Shown here piece after piece: positions 49,140 to 63,092 of a DNA stretch of 64,000 nucleotides (the first letter of the stretch is position 1; every line of letters begins with the position of its first letter). Source of the stretch: Octopus sinensis (lineage: Eukaryota); the NCBI RefSeq assembly GCF_006345805.1, contig NC_043011.1:11966001-12030000 (forward strand). The letters run 5' to 3'. The position numbers were made by a program, and so were the translations under genes. The notes below the pieces were generated by a model. The model made no database searches. It saw nothing but the letters and a program-made list of their open reading frames with translations, and was not told where the DNA came from.

Positions 49140-50290
49140 CATCAAATTTCTGGATCAAGCTCTGCAGATGTTGAGAGTAAGGGCGCAAATGATTATGAAT
49201 GGAGTTGGTGACAATGAAATGCAGTTTGGCTTTATACATGAAAGAGATAAACTGATGCAATCTTCCTGCAGAAGAAATAGGTTGCTAAGAGTAGACTACA
49301 AGAGTAGATGCCTGCTCCAGAGCGTCAGCTGCGGGGTCACTCCGAAAAGCTCTATCTGCGACGATTTCATCTCAATCGAAGGAGAGGGGCTTTCTCCGTC
49401 TGGGTTGCAGATCCATGGAATAAGCTGCCGGACGAGATAGTGAAGATGCCGACGACCGCTTGGTTCAAAGTCTCTCTTGACCAGAAATGGCCTGAACTCT
49501 TTGCATGAACAACCTCCCTGTACATAACTCCATGTCCCCCTACATGGCCTTGCTTTTTGCATTTTGAGCCAAAAAATTAACTTAACTCAAGTGACTTTTG
49601 TTGACTTGGAGACGGCTTTTGACAGGTTTCTACAATCTGTAATCTGATGAGCATCTAAAGAAACAAGGTATAGTCGAAAGGCTTGTTAGTTATGTACAGG
49701 GATGTAGTAAAGTGAGAGTCAACAAGTTCTTCAGTCCCCTCTCATCCATCATATTCTTACAGGCCAGCTACCCAAGGGAACTTCTATATGCTATTGATCT
49801 AATTCTTATAACTGAACCTGTAATAAAATTAAAGAAGAAATTCTAGGAATGAAAGTAAACCTAGAACCAAGAGACCTCAAGGCAAACTTAGCAAAAACTA
49901 AGTGGCTAGTAAGTGGGGGAAAAAAAACAGTACTTCAGTATTATCAGGAAAATAGCCTGCTCAATATAGGAAAGGAGAAGATATGAACTCCAGATGCTGT
50001 ACCTAGTTTAAGGTATGGACACACAAGAGATGTAGTGAACTCCCAAGCAAACAGGGAAGCCAAGCTTTGTATGAAGAAGATGCACTGGAGCAATAAAAAC
50101 AGTAAGAGCATATTGGAAAGACTCTTGGATGCACAGCTGGTTCACTTGATGTAGTTGATAGTAATTGTTATCTAGGAAACAACATTAGAAGTGAAGGTTG
50201 TTGTTCAGAAGGTAGAGTAGAAGGTAGAGTAAGAAGAAGATGGGAAAGTTCAAGCAATCACATCTGTTAACAACTAAGGATTCTTTTTCC
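49140..50290 (+). mobile_element. Old degenerate RTE ORF relic interrupted by a CR1-like insertion
   Basis: MQFGF, FVDLETAFDRF and ELLYAIDL motifs across frames. Confidence 0.65.
49305..49590 (+). mobile_element. CR1-like LINE 3' end
   Basis: LRGHSEKL...FSVWVADPWNKLP...FKVSLD C-terminus and aact-like tail. Confidence 0.8.
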
Positions 50291-50417
50291 TTCAGATGTA
50301 CATATACATCCTCGGAATAAATAAAACCCAAATCTTTCAATTTTCTTTTAAAACATAGATGCATATGTATGTGTGCGTATATATAATAAAAAAAATGTGC
50401 CAAAAGGTAGACTTGAA

Positions 50418-50830
50418 AGGAGTGGCTGTGAGGTAAGTAGCTTGTTTACCAACCACATGGTTCCGGGTTCAGTCTCACTGTGTGGCACCTTGGGCAAGTG
50501 TCTTCTACTGTAGCCTTGGGCCGACCAAGGCCTTGTGAGTGGATTTGGTAGACGGAAACTGAAAGAAGCCCGTCGTATATATGTATATATGTGTATGTAT
50601 GTGTGCGTGTATGTTTGTGTGTCTGTGTTTGCCCCATCCAACATCGCTTGAGAACCGATGCTGGTGTGTTTATGTCCCCGTCACTTAGCAGTTCGGCAAA
50701 AGAGGCCAATAGAATAAGTACTGGGCTTACAAAGAATAAGTCCCGGGGTCGAGTTGCTCGATTAAAGGCGGTGCTCCAGCATGGCCGCAGTCAAATGACT
50801 GAAACAAGTAAAAGAGTAAAGAGAGAGAGT
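50418..50830 (+). mobile_element. SINE family A
   Basis: Family match; empty site visible at about 48850-48865. Confidence 0.9.
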
Positions 50831-51189
50831 ATCATATGACTGGACAGGCTAGGATGTGGAATTCAAACCATGTTGTGTAGTAATAAGAAATGCAGAAAAA
50901 GTTGTTGGTATTTCCAGCTGGATAATGGTTAGAGCAGGACATGGTGGAGTAGACATAACATGGGTGATAGGAGGAGAAATGAATCAGAAGTGCCTGAATC
51001 GCACAAGCCAACTAGCTCCAAGAAGCAGAAACCACTGTAGTAGCAGTAGAACAAGAAAAAAGAGTAGACTGTATGATGCTTATGTTAGAATTATGATGCT
51101 GCATGGTAATGAGAGATGAGCCTAGAGAGGAGACAAACCTGCTTGTATCTAGTAAACAATTTATAGAAACAAGGAGACATAAACATCTG

Positions 51190-51500
51190 TTGAGGCAAGT
51201 GAAAATCAAAATCAAAATCGATCAACATCAATGGAAATTGTAACTGTGATACCAGTGCAGGTGGCACATAAGAGAACCATCTGAACGTGGCCATTGCCAG
51301 CGCCGCCCCGACTGGTAGCACGTAAAAAGCACCCACTACACTTATGGAGTGGTTGGCTTTAGGAAGGGCATCCAGCTGTAGAAACACTGCCAGATCAGAC
51401 TGGAGCCTGGTGCAGCCTTCTGGCTTCCCAGACCCCAGTTGAACCGTCCAACCCATGCCTGCATGGAAAGCGGACGCTAAACGATGATGATGATGATGAT
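51190..51500 (+). mobile_element. RTE 3' UTR fragment
   Basis: Family match with (GAT)n tail. Confidence 0.8.
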
Positions 51501-52059
51501 ATATATAATGGGTTTCTTTCTGTTTCTATCTACCATATCCACTCACAAGAGACTTTTCCAAGGTGCAGCAACGGGGCTGAACCCAAAACCAAGGGGTTGG
51601 GAAGCCAGGTGGTTTATAGGGCTAGTTTAAGCTGATTAAATTACTACTTTATTTTATGGTACTGAGTACTTTTACTTACATTTGTCACAACTACTAATGC
51701 ATATATGCATACACAAATATACACACACACACACACACATGTACCAATACCTCATTTTCGCAACACATGCTAGCATGGAAAACGGACGTTAAACGATAAT
51801 GATAAGTGGGAAACAAAAAACAACTTGTTATAATGAAGCTTAACATTGCAGTAAAAGCCAAACTCAGGAAAACAGATAAGATTGGGGTCTTATACATACT
51901 CAGAGTATTATCAGTTTACTGTATTTTTTCATGTGCGGAAGTACTCAGACCAAATTCAGCAAAAGTACTAAGTGAAGTAAGGAACAAAAAGCAGAGGAAA
52001 AGAAAGATAAAGTTATGGTAGTTTAATGTATAGACATCAGACTTGGAGTACAGAATGTT

Positions 52060-52660
52060 TTTCTTTTTGTTTTTGTTTCTTTTTTTATTGATTTGGTCGA
52101 GAAGTAGCAGCAGTGGCTATGGATATCACAGGCCCTGGGTACTGGTGAGATTGATGCCTTTAATGTTCCTCTTGAACAGCTGTAAGGTGACAGCAACAAG
52201 AAAAACATCCCAAGAGAGAATTTCACTGGGAAGAACTGGAAATAATGGTTAGAGCAGGACATGGTGGAGTAGATATAACATGGGTGATAGGAGGAGAAAT
52301 GGATCAGAAGTGCCTGAATCACACAAGCCAACAAGCTCCCAGAAGCAGAAACCACTGTAGTAGCAGTAGAATAAGCAAAAGGAGTAAACAACACACGTGC
52401 AGACCAGAAGTTGGAGTATTTTTTATGAACAGCTCCATACAAATCAGTTGACTGGCTTTTCTGTGAATGCAGCTTAGAATGTCTATGTGTGAGTAGCAGC
52501 AGTACCATCTCTGGTGTGTGAGCAGTCCTCTGTAGTAGGTTTAAACTGAGTTTTGTTAGAGGGTTACATATTTTGTAGCCAGTTTTTGAGATACAGTCTT
52601 TAGTGAGGATGCATGTTCACTGAGAGAGATGTTCAATGATGGTTGATGAATTTCAAGCCA
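52060..52660 (-). mobile_element. Degenerate L2/Crack-like LINE 3' end (partly duplicated at 50922-51066)
   Basis: LFYCYYSGFC and LQLFKRNIKGIN motifs. Confidence 0.5.
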
Positions 52661-52957
52661 TTTTTACCAAATTAGTACTAATAACTAACACGATAATGGC
52701 TGAGATGAAACACAGTTAATCAGAAAAAAAAAACACCAGGTTCACTCAGTAAAATGCAGCCAACAGAACAGTATCTGAGGTGGGAAAAAGCATGTGGCTT
52801 GCAAGAAATTGTCATGTAGGTATGGGAACTTGTAGGATAGTGATTCCTATGAAGTCAACATGATATGTTCTTATCTACTGCTCACCATTTATATAAGAAA
52901 TTCTTTGTGGATGACAACTATATGTGTAATCAATATGGCAAACTATCCAATTTTGTC

Positions 52958-53232
52958 TGTCGGTGGCACGTCCGTGCCGGTGGCACATAAAAAACACCAT
53001 CCGAGCATGGCCGTTTGCCAGCCTCGTCTGGCACCTGTGTCGGTGGCACGTAAAAAGCACCCACTACACTCACGGAGTGGTTGGCGTTAGGAAGGGCATC
53101 CAGCTGTAGAAACACTGCCAGATCTGACTGGGCCTGGTGCAGCCTTCTGGCTTCCCAGACCCCAGCTGAACTATCCAACCCATGCTAGCATGGAAAGCGG
53201 ACGTTAAACAATGATGATGATGATGATAATGA
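52958..53232 (+). mobile_element. RTE 3' UTR fragment
   Basis: Family match. Confidence 0.8.
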
Positions 53233-53921
53233 TGTGCCATAGCCTGAAACATGATTATACTTAGTTTCCCATCCAAGTAGATTCTGAATTTTCTTCAATG
53301 AAAGTAAGAGATCAATCAAGAGAAAATATTTCACCTGGGAGGAAAAGCTGACTCTTTAAATCACAGCCTTATGTCAAACCTGTATGAGATTCAGTAGTAT
53401 GGAGTAATGATGACGAAGCAGTAATCCTACTCGAACTATCATCATAGGAAGGGAATACTGGAGATGTGGAACACCAAAGTTTGTATTCATTTTTGGACTG
53501 ATCATTGACGGAGCATCAGGAAACTCATTTTTCACATTGTTGCCTGGTAATTATTATTATTTTTTTAAATAAATCTATCATTTACAAATCATCCAACAAT
53601 GAGGCTTTGGTAGTTCAACTGATTTACCTACTCTTTAATTAATGTGTAGGCAGTTAGGTATTCCACAGACATTTCTACCTTCAGGTAGAATCAGTGTAAA
53701 AACTGTATCTCTTGAATTTTTAAAGGTACAATCTAACCAATAGCCTCTGTACATCTCCACCTACCTAATTTCACTCCCCAGGATCAGTTGGTCAGGGCCA
53801 TTAAAAGATAATTGCTCAAGATCAAACCCAGGACCCCATGGTTGCAAAATGAACTTCTTAACAATTCAACTATATTGTGCTAATAAATACTATTTATATG
53901 TATACATATATACACACACAC

Positions 53922-55134
53922 GTCATCGGCGGCAGCAGCGGTGTTTAACGTCCGTTTTCCATGCTACCATGGGTTGGACGGTTTCACTGAGGTCTGGGAA
54001 GCCAGAAGGCTGCGCCAGGCTCCAGTCTGATCTGGCAGTGTTTCTACAGCTGGATGCACTTCCTAACGCCAACCAGTCCGTGAGTGTAGTGGGTGCTTTT
54101 TATGTGCCACCGGCACAGGGGCCAGAGCAGGCTGGTAAATGGCTACGATCGGTTGGTGCTTTTTACGTGTCACCGACATGGACGCCAGTCAGGTGGCACT
54201 GGCATCAGCCACATTTGGATGGTGCTTTATACATGCCACCTGCACGGGAATCTTAACTATAATTTCCATTTGATTTTTATTCTGATGTTGGTGTTGACGT
54301 ACTTGACTCAATAGGTCTCCTCAAGAACAGCGGGTCACTCTACAATCCAAGGTTAGCACAGCAGGCCATCCTGTGAACCATGAACTCACTTCATTTGTCG
54401 GGTCTTTGAAGTCACAGCATATCTCCAGAGGTCTCGGTCATTCATCATAGCCTCTGTGAGGCCCAACGTACGAAGGTCATGCTTGACCACTTCATCCCAT
54501 ATCTTCCTGGGTCTACCTCTACCCCGGATTCCTTCAAAAGTTTGGGAGTGGCACTTCTTCACATGTCTCTCCTCATCCATCCGTAGTACATGACCATACC
54601 AACGCAAACATCTCTCCTGCATGCCACATCTGATGCTTCTTATGTCCAGCATTTCTCTCAGAGCAATTACACTCTGTCATGCCTGGACACTGACATTACA
54701 CATCCAACGGATCATGCTAGCTTCATTTCTTTCGAGCCTACGCATGTCCTTTCGCAGTCACAGCCCATGTTTCACTGCCATGAAGCATGGCAGTTCACAC
54801 ACATGTGTCATACAATCTACTTTTCACTCTGAGCGAGAGACCCTTTGTCACCTGTAGGGGAAGAAGCTTTCTAAACTTTGTCCAGGCTATTCTTATTCTA
54901 GTTAGTAACACTCTCTGAGCATCCACTCCCACTACTAACTTGGTCATCTAGGTAGCAGAAACTATCAACTACTTCTAGTTCCTCCCTCTGGAATGTAATG
55001 GAATCTGTTTTCTGAGTGTCAGTGGTGTCTATTGCCCCTGTGCATCTGCTGCACACGAAAGCTATCTTCTCAGTTAACTTTCCTTGGATGTTGCTGCACC
55101 TCTTATGTGTCCATAGCTTACACTGGGTATACAT
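53922..55134 (-). mobile_element. RTE (BovB-like) LINE, 3' portion with 3' UTR
   Basis: LRWYGHVLRM...RGRGRPRKIW...DRDLWR C-terminus and VVDSFCYL, contiguous with the UTR seen in the short copies. Confidence 0.9.
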
Positions 55135-55928
55135 TATTTAATGTGCACAGTATAAAGATACAAGCTACTAAGGGTTTCTTGCTATGAAGACAAGTGTCTA
55201 AGCAGGTCTTTTATAACACACCCTATGTCTCCAAACAATCTCCTGGCTCAGAGCACATGATCTGATCTATTTGAAAATCAGGATGCTGCAAGATGTTATG
55301 CAAACCACCAATCTTCTTTCCAGTACATCGACAAAATTAAAGCCACTAAGCTGGCTAGCCATGTATGGGGTTTGAAGACCATGACAAATAATCAAATGGA
55401 GAATCATAGAGAAATCCATGCCATATGCAAACGGATCTAAAAATGCATCTTATGCATAACTGAAAGATTGCACATTCTTTTTAGCTCTAAGAATTTTACT
55501 GCACTACTTAATTCCAGATAACAAAATTTTCATCAAATGCAAGATTATGAACAAATTTATTTTGATGAACTGGAGGTAACAACCCTTTCTGAAATGAGCA
55601 GCTGTCTCACAGACCTTGGACCCCTCTCTGTTGAATTATTTTCTACTAGTTTAATTACAGTTTCTACAGTCAAAGGGCACATAACTCTAATTTTTTTCTT
55701 TCCTTTCCTTTTTTGTTTTTATTCACCTATCCACTTTTTTTGCAACAACCTTCTTGTAATTTCTTTACCAGCATCCTGATTTTCAAATAGATCAGACCAT
55801 GTGCTCAGAGCCTGATATTAGGTTGGAGACAAAGGGCATAAAATTTAAAAAAACCTACCTAGACATATGTCTTCACAGCAAGAAACTATTAGTATGTTGT
55901 ATCTTTATACTGAATACATTAAATGATA
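55133..55928. mobile_element. Old fold-back/MITE-like element with about 155-bp imperfect inverted termini
   Basis: 55133-55288 aligns to the reverse complement of 55769-55928. Confidence 0.6.
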
Positions 55929-55937
55929 TTTATCTCT

Positions 55938-56228
55938 GTTGTGTCTGGGGAGAGTCGTTTTCTTTTTGTACCATATAATGTTATACACTCACCGGTAAAA
56001 TTTCCACTTATTTCTAATTTTTATTTTCCTAAAATTTTCACTGCATCTTGCAACCTTTTCAATAGTAAGACTATTGAAAAAGTTGCAAGACGCACTGAAA
56101 TAAGTGGAAATTTTACAGGTGAATGTGTTATAAGGCACAAAAAGAAAACGACTCTCCCCAGACACAACAGAATATGCTTCAACACACGAACTCATATAAA
56201 GAATCTTGCAAACCAAATCCAAAAATGA
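55938..56228. mobile_element. Palindromic insertion with 13-bp TSD
   Basis: Arms about 55938-56014 and 56097-56170; TSD gatatttatctct at 55925-55937 and 56229-56241. Confidence 0.7.
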
Positions 56229-56384
56229 GATATTTATCTCTTTATACTGGATGGAGAACTTTCTTTGTTGATCTCACCTTCATAAAACTGTAAACTATAT
56301 CTATATACATATATATATAGTAAACTATATCTCTCTCTCTATATATATATAGTAAACTATATCTATATATATATATATATATAG

Positions 56385-56710
56385 GTTATAAAATGAGATA
56401 GGGGTTGAAAATTCAACCCACCAATTATCCTTGTTAATGCCTCATTTATACCTGCCTTTATGGCTTATAGGTTAAATGAGGTATGACTGTCCTCACTGCC
56501 GAAACAGCTGTCAGTTTTGATTTATTTGCATATTATATTTGAAAATTTTTTACTTATATCTCTTTATCTTTTTACTATTACTGTATATCTCATTTCATTT
56601 TATGTATTGCCTTTACTCATATGTAATGGTGTATTAAAGTATGGATTGAGTATCATCGGATAGTTGATGTTTTACTGATTTAAGTATATTTCTCCATTCT
56701 CTAATTTCGT

Positions 56711-56712
<2 letters not shown>
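56385..56712 (+). mobile_element. Penelope-like pLTR fragment between (TA)n tracts
   Basis: TGCC-GAAACAGCTGTC; ends resemble those of the 24823-25432 element. Confidence 0.55.
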
Positions 56713-56755
<43 letters not shown>

Positions 56756-57086
56756 CAGACAGCTGTGTGCAATGTTACCAAAAGGTAATATATATATATA
56801 TATACCAAAAGATATATACATATATATGGGAAGGTAGTGTTTCCAACAATGAACATATGCCAAATAATACTATTCTTATAACGATACATAATATACACAC
56901 AGTCATGGTTGTGTGATAAGAAACTTGTTCCTAACCTGAGGGTTTCAGGCTCAGTTCTACAGCATGGCAACTTTGGCAAATGTCTTATTAGTATGTTGTA
57001 TCTTTAAACTGAATACAATAAATGATATTTATCTCTTTATACTGGAAGGAGTACTTTCTTTGTTGATTTTACCTTAATAAAACTGT

Positions 57087-57397
57087 GGTGCTGGCACGTA
57101 AAAAGCACCATCCGATCGTGGCCGTTTGCCAGCCTCGCCTGGCCTCCGTGCCGGTGGCACGTAAAAAGCACAATCCGACCGTAGCCGTTTGCCAGCCTCG
57201 TCTGGCACCTGTGCCAGTGGCACATAAAAAGCACCCAGTACACTCATGGAGTGGTTGGCGTTAGGAAGGGCATCCAGCCGTAGAAACATTGCCAGATCAG
57301 ACTGGGCCTGGTGCAGCCTTCTGGCTTCCCAGACCCCAGTTGAACCGTCCAACCTATGCCAGCATGGAAAGCGGACGCTAAACGATGATGATGATGA

Positions 57398-57400
<3 letters not shown>
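57087..57400 (+). mobile_element. RTE 3' UTR fragment with tandem sub-repeats
   Basis: Three gtgccggtggcacgtaaaaagcac-like units; (GAT)n tail. Confidence 0.8.
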
Positions 57401-57438
<38 letters not shown>

Positions 57439-57589
57439 GCATACAGCTGTGTGCAATATGTTACCGAAAGGTAATATATATATATATATATATATATACC
57501 AAAAAATATACATACATATGGGATTTTAGCGTTTCCAACAATGAACATATGCCAAGTAATACTATTCTTATAACGATACATAATATACA

Positions 57590-57975
57590 CACACAGTCAT
57601 GGTTGTGTGATAGGAAACTTGTTCCCAACCTGAGGGTTTCAGGTTCAGTTCTACTGCATGTCACCTTTGTCTTCTACAATAGCCCTGGGCAAACCAAAAA
57701 CTTGTGAGTGGATCTGATGGACAGAAACTGAAAACGGGCCATCGAGTGTGTGTGTGTACACACACACATAGACACGTGTTTTTGTATCATGTGCAGGTTT
57801 CCAACACTGCTTGACAACCAGTATCAGTCCGTCTACATCCCCGAAGACAGACAGAAGAAAACAATGGAATAAGTATCAGGCTTAAAAATAAGTAGTGGAG
57901 CAGATTTCTTTGATTAAACCATTGAAGGCGGTGCCCCAGCATCACTGTAGTCCAATGACTGAAACAAGTAGTAAA
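57590..57975 (+). mobile_element. Old diverged SINE family A copy
   Basis: Head, body and tail recognisable. Confidence 0.65.
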
Positions 57976-57978
57976 TAA

Positions 57979-58063
<85 letters not shown>

Positions 58064-59283
58064 CATTTAACTTACACTTTCCATGCTGGCGTGGATAGGA
58101 CAGATGCGTGTGTGGGAGATGGAGATATTTGCCACGATAGAGTATTACTATGAAGATATTACAGAATTGTAAGAATTAGCTATAGTGTCCGAATGTACAG
58201 AATTCTTAGAATTTTTAATGCAAGGGAAAAAGATATCATTTTGATATTTATGTCTCATCATCACAAGGCATTTAGCCAAATATGATAATTCCAAGTGGAA
58301 TCAAAATTCAAAAGCTGGGTTTCAAATTGGTTTCACCAAGCACTTGCTCAGCTTCACCTGTGACAAATTCGTCAGGATAGTAACAAGGAAACAGTCGAAC
58401 AATCTCTAATTTGTGACAATGGAAAGAATTGAAATTTCCGATGTTTATAGCTATGTCCAGGGAGTAGCAACTAAGTGATGCGAGAACAACGGATTGGATG
58501 CGTTGATAATTTTATCATAGCACTACAGTTACCCTAAATAATATTCTGGTTTTGCAACCACCATTACTACAACCAATATTGATTTCTTGTTCAGACACAA
58601 TTGCCATAAATTAATAAAAGTGGATGCGATTGTGTGACGCTCATGCCTTCTTTGATCTGATTTAAACTAAAAATGATTACTGTTACATAAGCATGATTTT
58701 GGAGAAAGAAAATAATAGTGGAGTTCAAAGCGTTTTCCCGGGATCCGAGTAACTAATTAAGCTGGAATTATAGAATTATTGGGAAGCGGTGCGCGGAACA
58801 AGAGTTGAAGGCTAAAAAAAAAAAGTGGGAGTAGGGAAAGTACAAGTAAAAGCCGACGCCATGACGCCACGGCTCAGACCCAATATATCTTTGTCTCATG
58901 CCTTCTACTTTCTTCCCTCCCTTGTTAAAAACACTCCGAACATTCCCTTCGTTACCACCACTACCACTACAACATGTACACACAAGCACATGCGCAGAGA
59001 TCGATATACATACGCACCAAGATCGATACATACACACACCGATCATTGTCCTCAACACACACATACCAACATATGCATCGACTTCAATTTCCTATTTTCT
59101 CTTACAATCCTTCATACACACACACACACACACACAATATGCATATCTGTCTTTTCCAAAAGCAAGAATTCTTATTGCCATCCAAGTATTTCTCCACCCA
59201 CCAAATCACACATTTCTTCACCCCCAATACACAAACCCATAAACAGACGTATAGATTTTTTAGAGCGACTGTAATCGAGCATA

Positions 59284-59317
<34 letters not shown>

Positions 59318-59348
59318 CATTCATACATACATGTGTGTATATATATGT

Positions 59349-59411
<63 letters not shown>

Positions 59412-59664
59412 CCACACACACACCAACATGGGACTATTATAATCAAATATATGTGTGTGTACGCATTACAGTAGCCTAGTAATGAGTATAATACATTAGT
59501 ATAGTAACAGTAGTACAATCTAATATATAGTTTAGTAATTATTGTCCAGTTTTGTTTTTCCCTTGTCTTTGTTGCCTGAGAGATCTCAAATAAGCTTTGC
59601 AGAAGAACCAGCAAAAAGAACCCTCGCCAGGAGTAAAAGTACTCGACAAACCGATTAATTAACA

Positions 59665-59715
<51 letters not shown>

Positions 59716-60016
59716 CACAATGACTACGAATTTAATTTTTTGTTTGCTTTTTGGATTTTTGAAGCCTTTTTCTTCACAATGAAGACAAATGAAAGGAAAT
59801 CAACAACAGACTCAATTCACAAAAGAAAAACTATATTTGAACGTGCAATGAACACATACGTGTGTATGTACACACACACATATATATACATATACATATA
59901 TATATATATATATATATAGTTCGCTCTCTCATTAATGTGTATATATACATATATGTGTGTGTATCTATATATATATATACATATATATATATATTGGATA
60001 ACTGCAGAAATATGTT

Positions 60017-60110
60017 ACCTTTTAGACAATCATTCGCAAAAAAATAAGAGGGGCTGATTAAGTCTCCTTTCTGCTTTGGTTTAGGCTTTCTATTGGTTAA
60101 TATAACTTCC
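60017..60110 (-). promoter_or_regulatory. Candidate non-coding first exon/promoter of the zinc-finger gene
   Basis: Minus-strand donor-like AAG|GTAACA at 60019/60018 and a CCAAT box (ATTGG at 60092-60096) in non-repeat, CpG-retaining sequence. Speculative. Confidence 0.2.
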
Positions 60111-61336
60111 CGTAATGGCTTTTTCGAAACGGAACGAAAACCAAAGAGAAAGAGAGAGAGAGAAAATTTGCCGAAAAACGAATTCCAAAATAGGTTAACT
60201 ACACGAATGCTTGGATAAATTATGAACTAACGTCCACAGATTTTATATATATGTATACATATTATTCATATTATAAACGAAAGTGTGAAATGATAACCTA
60301 ATTAAAGCGGTTGTTTACATATATATTATGCTTAATATCGTTTAGATTAAAATCTTCCAATTTCTTTTATAATTGATTCCTACGCTATACATTTTCGCCA
60401 ATCCATTTAATTAAGACAAGATATCTTGCCATTTATGAGATTATTTTAAGGAAACTTAAGATTACCAAAGTAATATAATCTACGTGAGCTGCATGTCGAA
60501 ATGAGTCTTTAAGTGTGTAAAGAAAATCCGCATGACTGTCTTGCTTAAATGGTAGGACGTTTATTCGGAAGCAAGAAAGATTTTGTTTTTGGGGGTGTAG
60601 GGTGTGATAATTAATTTTCGACCACAAATTGTTTATAAATCCAGAGTTGTGTGTGCGTGGTACCAATTTTATTGTTTATGGGAATGCTCAGTATTTCACA
60701 GCCGTCTTGAGAATATGAACTTACGAACTGTGATATTATTTTATGGAATTTTTATTCGTTGGACTTTTAAAATGTAGAGATAGGGAAGATTTTTGTTTTT
60801 ATCTTTTTCTCTCTCTCTCTCTTTTTTCTATACTTTTATTTGAATGCAGAGTCACAGTTTGAAGATGTATATATTTGTGAGCGGACAAGTTGAGGTCTGT
60901 AAAAAAATAATATGTGCTTTTGCGATTCGGAAAAAAAGTTTGGTCTATCAATCAGTGGGGTGGAATGTGCAAATAGGTGTAGAGGAGGCAAGGCAATGCA
61001 ACTGGCACAAGTGTTTATGAATATGAGGATCACTGGTGCATTAAGTATTTTGTTCATAGAGATCAGTGTAGGGTTTAGAATAAAGTTAGTAAGCAAAGAA
61101 TTTAATATGGTAACAAAGGCAATATCTATACCAAGATTTTATGTTTTTGAGCAAATTAATCTCTATGAGAGGCTGTATATGTATTATTGCCAGGTTTGAT
61201 GAACACAAATACGGGACATCTCATTTTAATTCAAATGAATTCTAATGTATGTTCACATATCTAAACATGTTGCAATTAAAATTAAATTGATTTCACAAAA
61301 ATATGTGGAAAAAAAAAACATAAATTGCTTTATATA

Positions 61337-61702
61337 TACTCTCTTTTACTCCTTTACATGTTTCAGCACCGCCTTTAGTCGAGCAAATCGACCCGGGACT
61401 TATTCTTTGTAAGCCTAATACTTATTCTATCGGTCTGTTTTGCCGAACCGCTAAGTTACGGGGACGTAAACACAACAGTGGTGTTGGGGGGACAAACACA
61501 GACACACAAACACACACACATATATATATATACATATACGACAGGCTTCTTTCAGTTTCCGTCTACCAAATCCACTCACAAGGCTTTGGTCGGCCCGAGG
61601 CTATAGTAGAAGACACTTGCCCAAGGTGCCACGCAGTGGGACTGAACCTGGAACCATGTGGTTGGTAAGCAAGCTACTTACCACACAGCCACTCCTGCGC
61701 CT
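61337..61702 (-). mobile_element. SINE family A
   Basis: Family match. Confidence 0.9.
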
Positions 61703-61766
61703 ATATATATATTTCACTGATGAGGTCCTTACAAAATTCCTTGTACTGACAGTTTTGGTTCTTATA

Positions 61767-63092
61767 CAGGGTGGCGCAGGAGGATGGACGTTTTTGAAAT
61801 GGCTATTACTCAACCCCCATGAGGAGGGAGATCTGTCCGACAGGTACCATTCGGTCCGTGATGTCTTACCATTTTTTTTCCAGTGAAGCCATGGCGCTGT
61901 GAACGATAGAGCATTGTGTGTTTGCCTACGACATTTACGTGAAGAATAACGAGTCTGTCACAGCAGTTCAGTGTGAGTTTCGGCGTCACTTCAACATTCA
62001 CCGAAATCAGGCTGTTCCCACCCGTAACACAATCTTGCGTTGGATGAATGCACTACGTACACGAGGTACACTAATGAATTGGGGATTGGTTGGGGTGCCA
62101 CGAACAGTACGGAACCCAGAAAATGTGGAACGCGTCAGAAAGCTTCGATACGGAGTCCGAATCGCTCTGCTCGGAAGCATTCCACTAAACTGGGCATCGG
62201 TAACCGATTGGTAAGGCGTATTTTGCATGGAAACTTGCATTTCTACCCGTACAAATTGGGCAACAGTTGAAACCATGGGACTATGCACAGCGGCTTAACT
62301 TCGCACATCAGATGGAAGCAATTTTTGAGGCAAATAACAATCTCGTTTTGCTAATGAGTGATGAGGCTCATCTTCATCTCAATTGCATGGTGAATCAACA
62401 GAACTGTTGTTATTGGGCTCTTGAAAATCCAAGAGAACTGCACGAATGGCCACTGCACAGCCCAAAAGTGACGGTCTGATGTGCTGTTGGAAAAGCTGCC
62501 GTCATTGATCCTTACTTTTTTGAAGACAATAAAGAAAATGTTGTTACTGTGAACTCCGAGATTATACACAGCTTCTTTGTGTCTGAATTACGACGAAAAC
62601 ATATGCCTATTCTACGTGTGTTGTTTCAGCAGGATGGGGCGACAACCCATACAGCCAGTGCATCAATAGACGTTCTTCGCTCTCTCTCTTTTCGGTGATC
62701 ACCTCATTTGCTGACATTTCTTGCCCACCCCTCCATCCAACCCGCTAGTCTCCTGATTTGTCCATGTGTGATTATTTCCTGTGAGGAAACCTCAATGCAC
62801 GTGTGTACGCGCATAAGCCCCGTACATTGGACGACATGAAAGAAACTATTCGTGTGGAAGTCGCCTAGATCGACAGAGCAATGCCGGAGAGAGCGGAGGC
62901 CAACTTCGAAGAACGCTTTCAGAAATGCATCAATGAAAACGGACACTACATGATGGATGTTGTTTTCCCACACTTGATTCTGATAAATGCTAATTCAATA
63001 TGAACACATTGATGTCAATAAAATTTGTTTCCAGCAAAAATTAATGATTTTGTGAATTTTTCAAAAACGGCCATCCTCTCTGCCCCAACCTG
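61767..63092 (+). mobile_element. Tc1/mariner-superfamily transposon (DUF4817-type, rosa/DD41D-like), inactive
   Basis: TA-flanked TIRs cagggtggcgcaggaggatggacgtttttgaaa / tttcaaaaacggccatcctctctgccccaacctg; SVTAVQCEFRRHF, MSDEAH, PLHSPKVTV and FQQDGA motifs; frameshifts. Confidence 0.9.

Noticed and set aside
52958-57240. CRISPR-like spaced repeats (gtgccggtggcacgtaaaaagcac)
   Set aside because: Tandem sub-repeats of an RTE 3' UTR with similar spacers, in eukaryotic DNA with no cas genes.
61717-61760. CTGATGAG hammerhead start
   Set aside because: No stem II or GAAA follows, either before or after the adjacent transposon.
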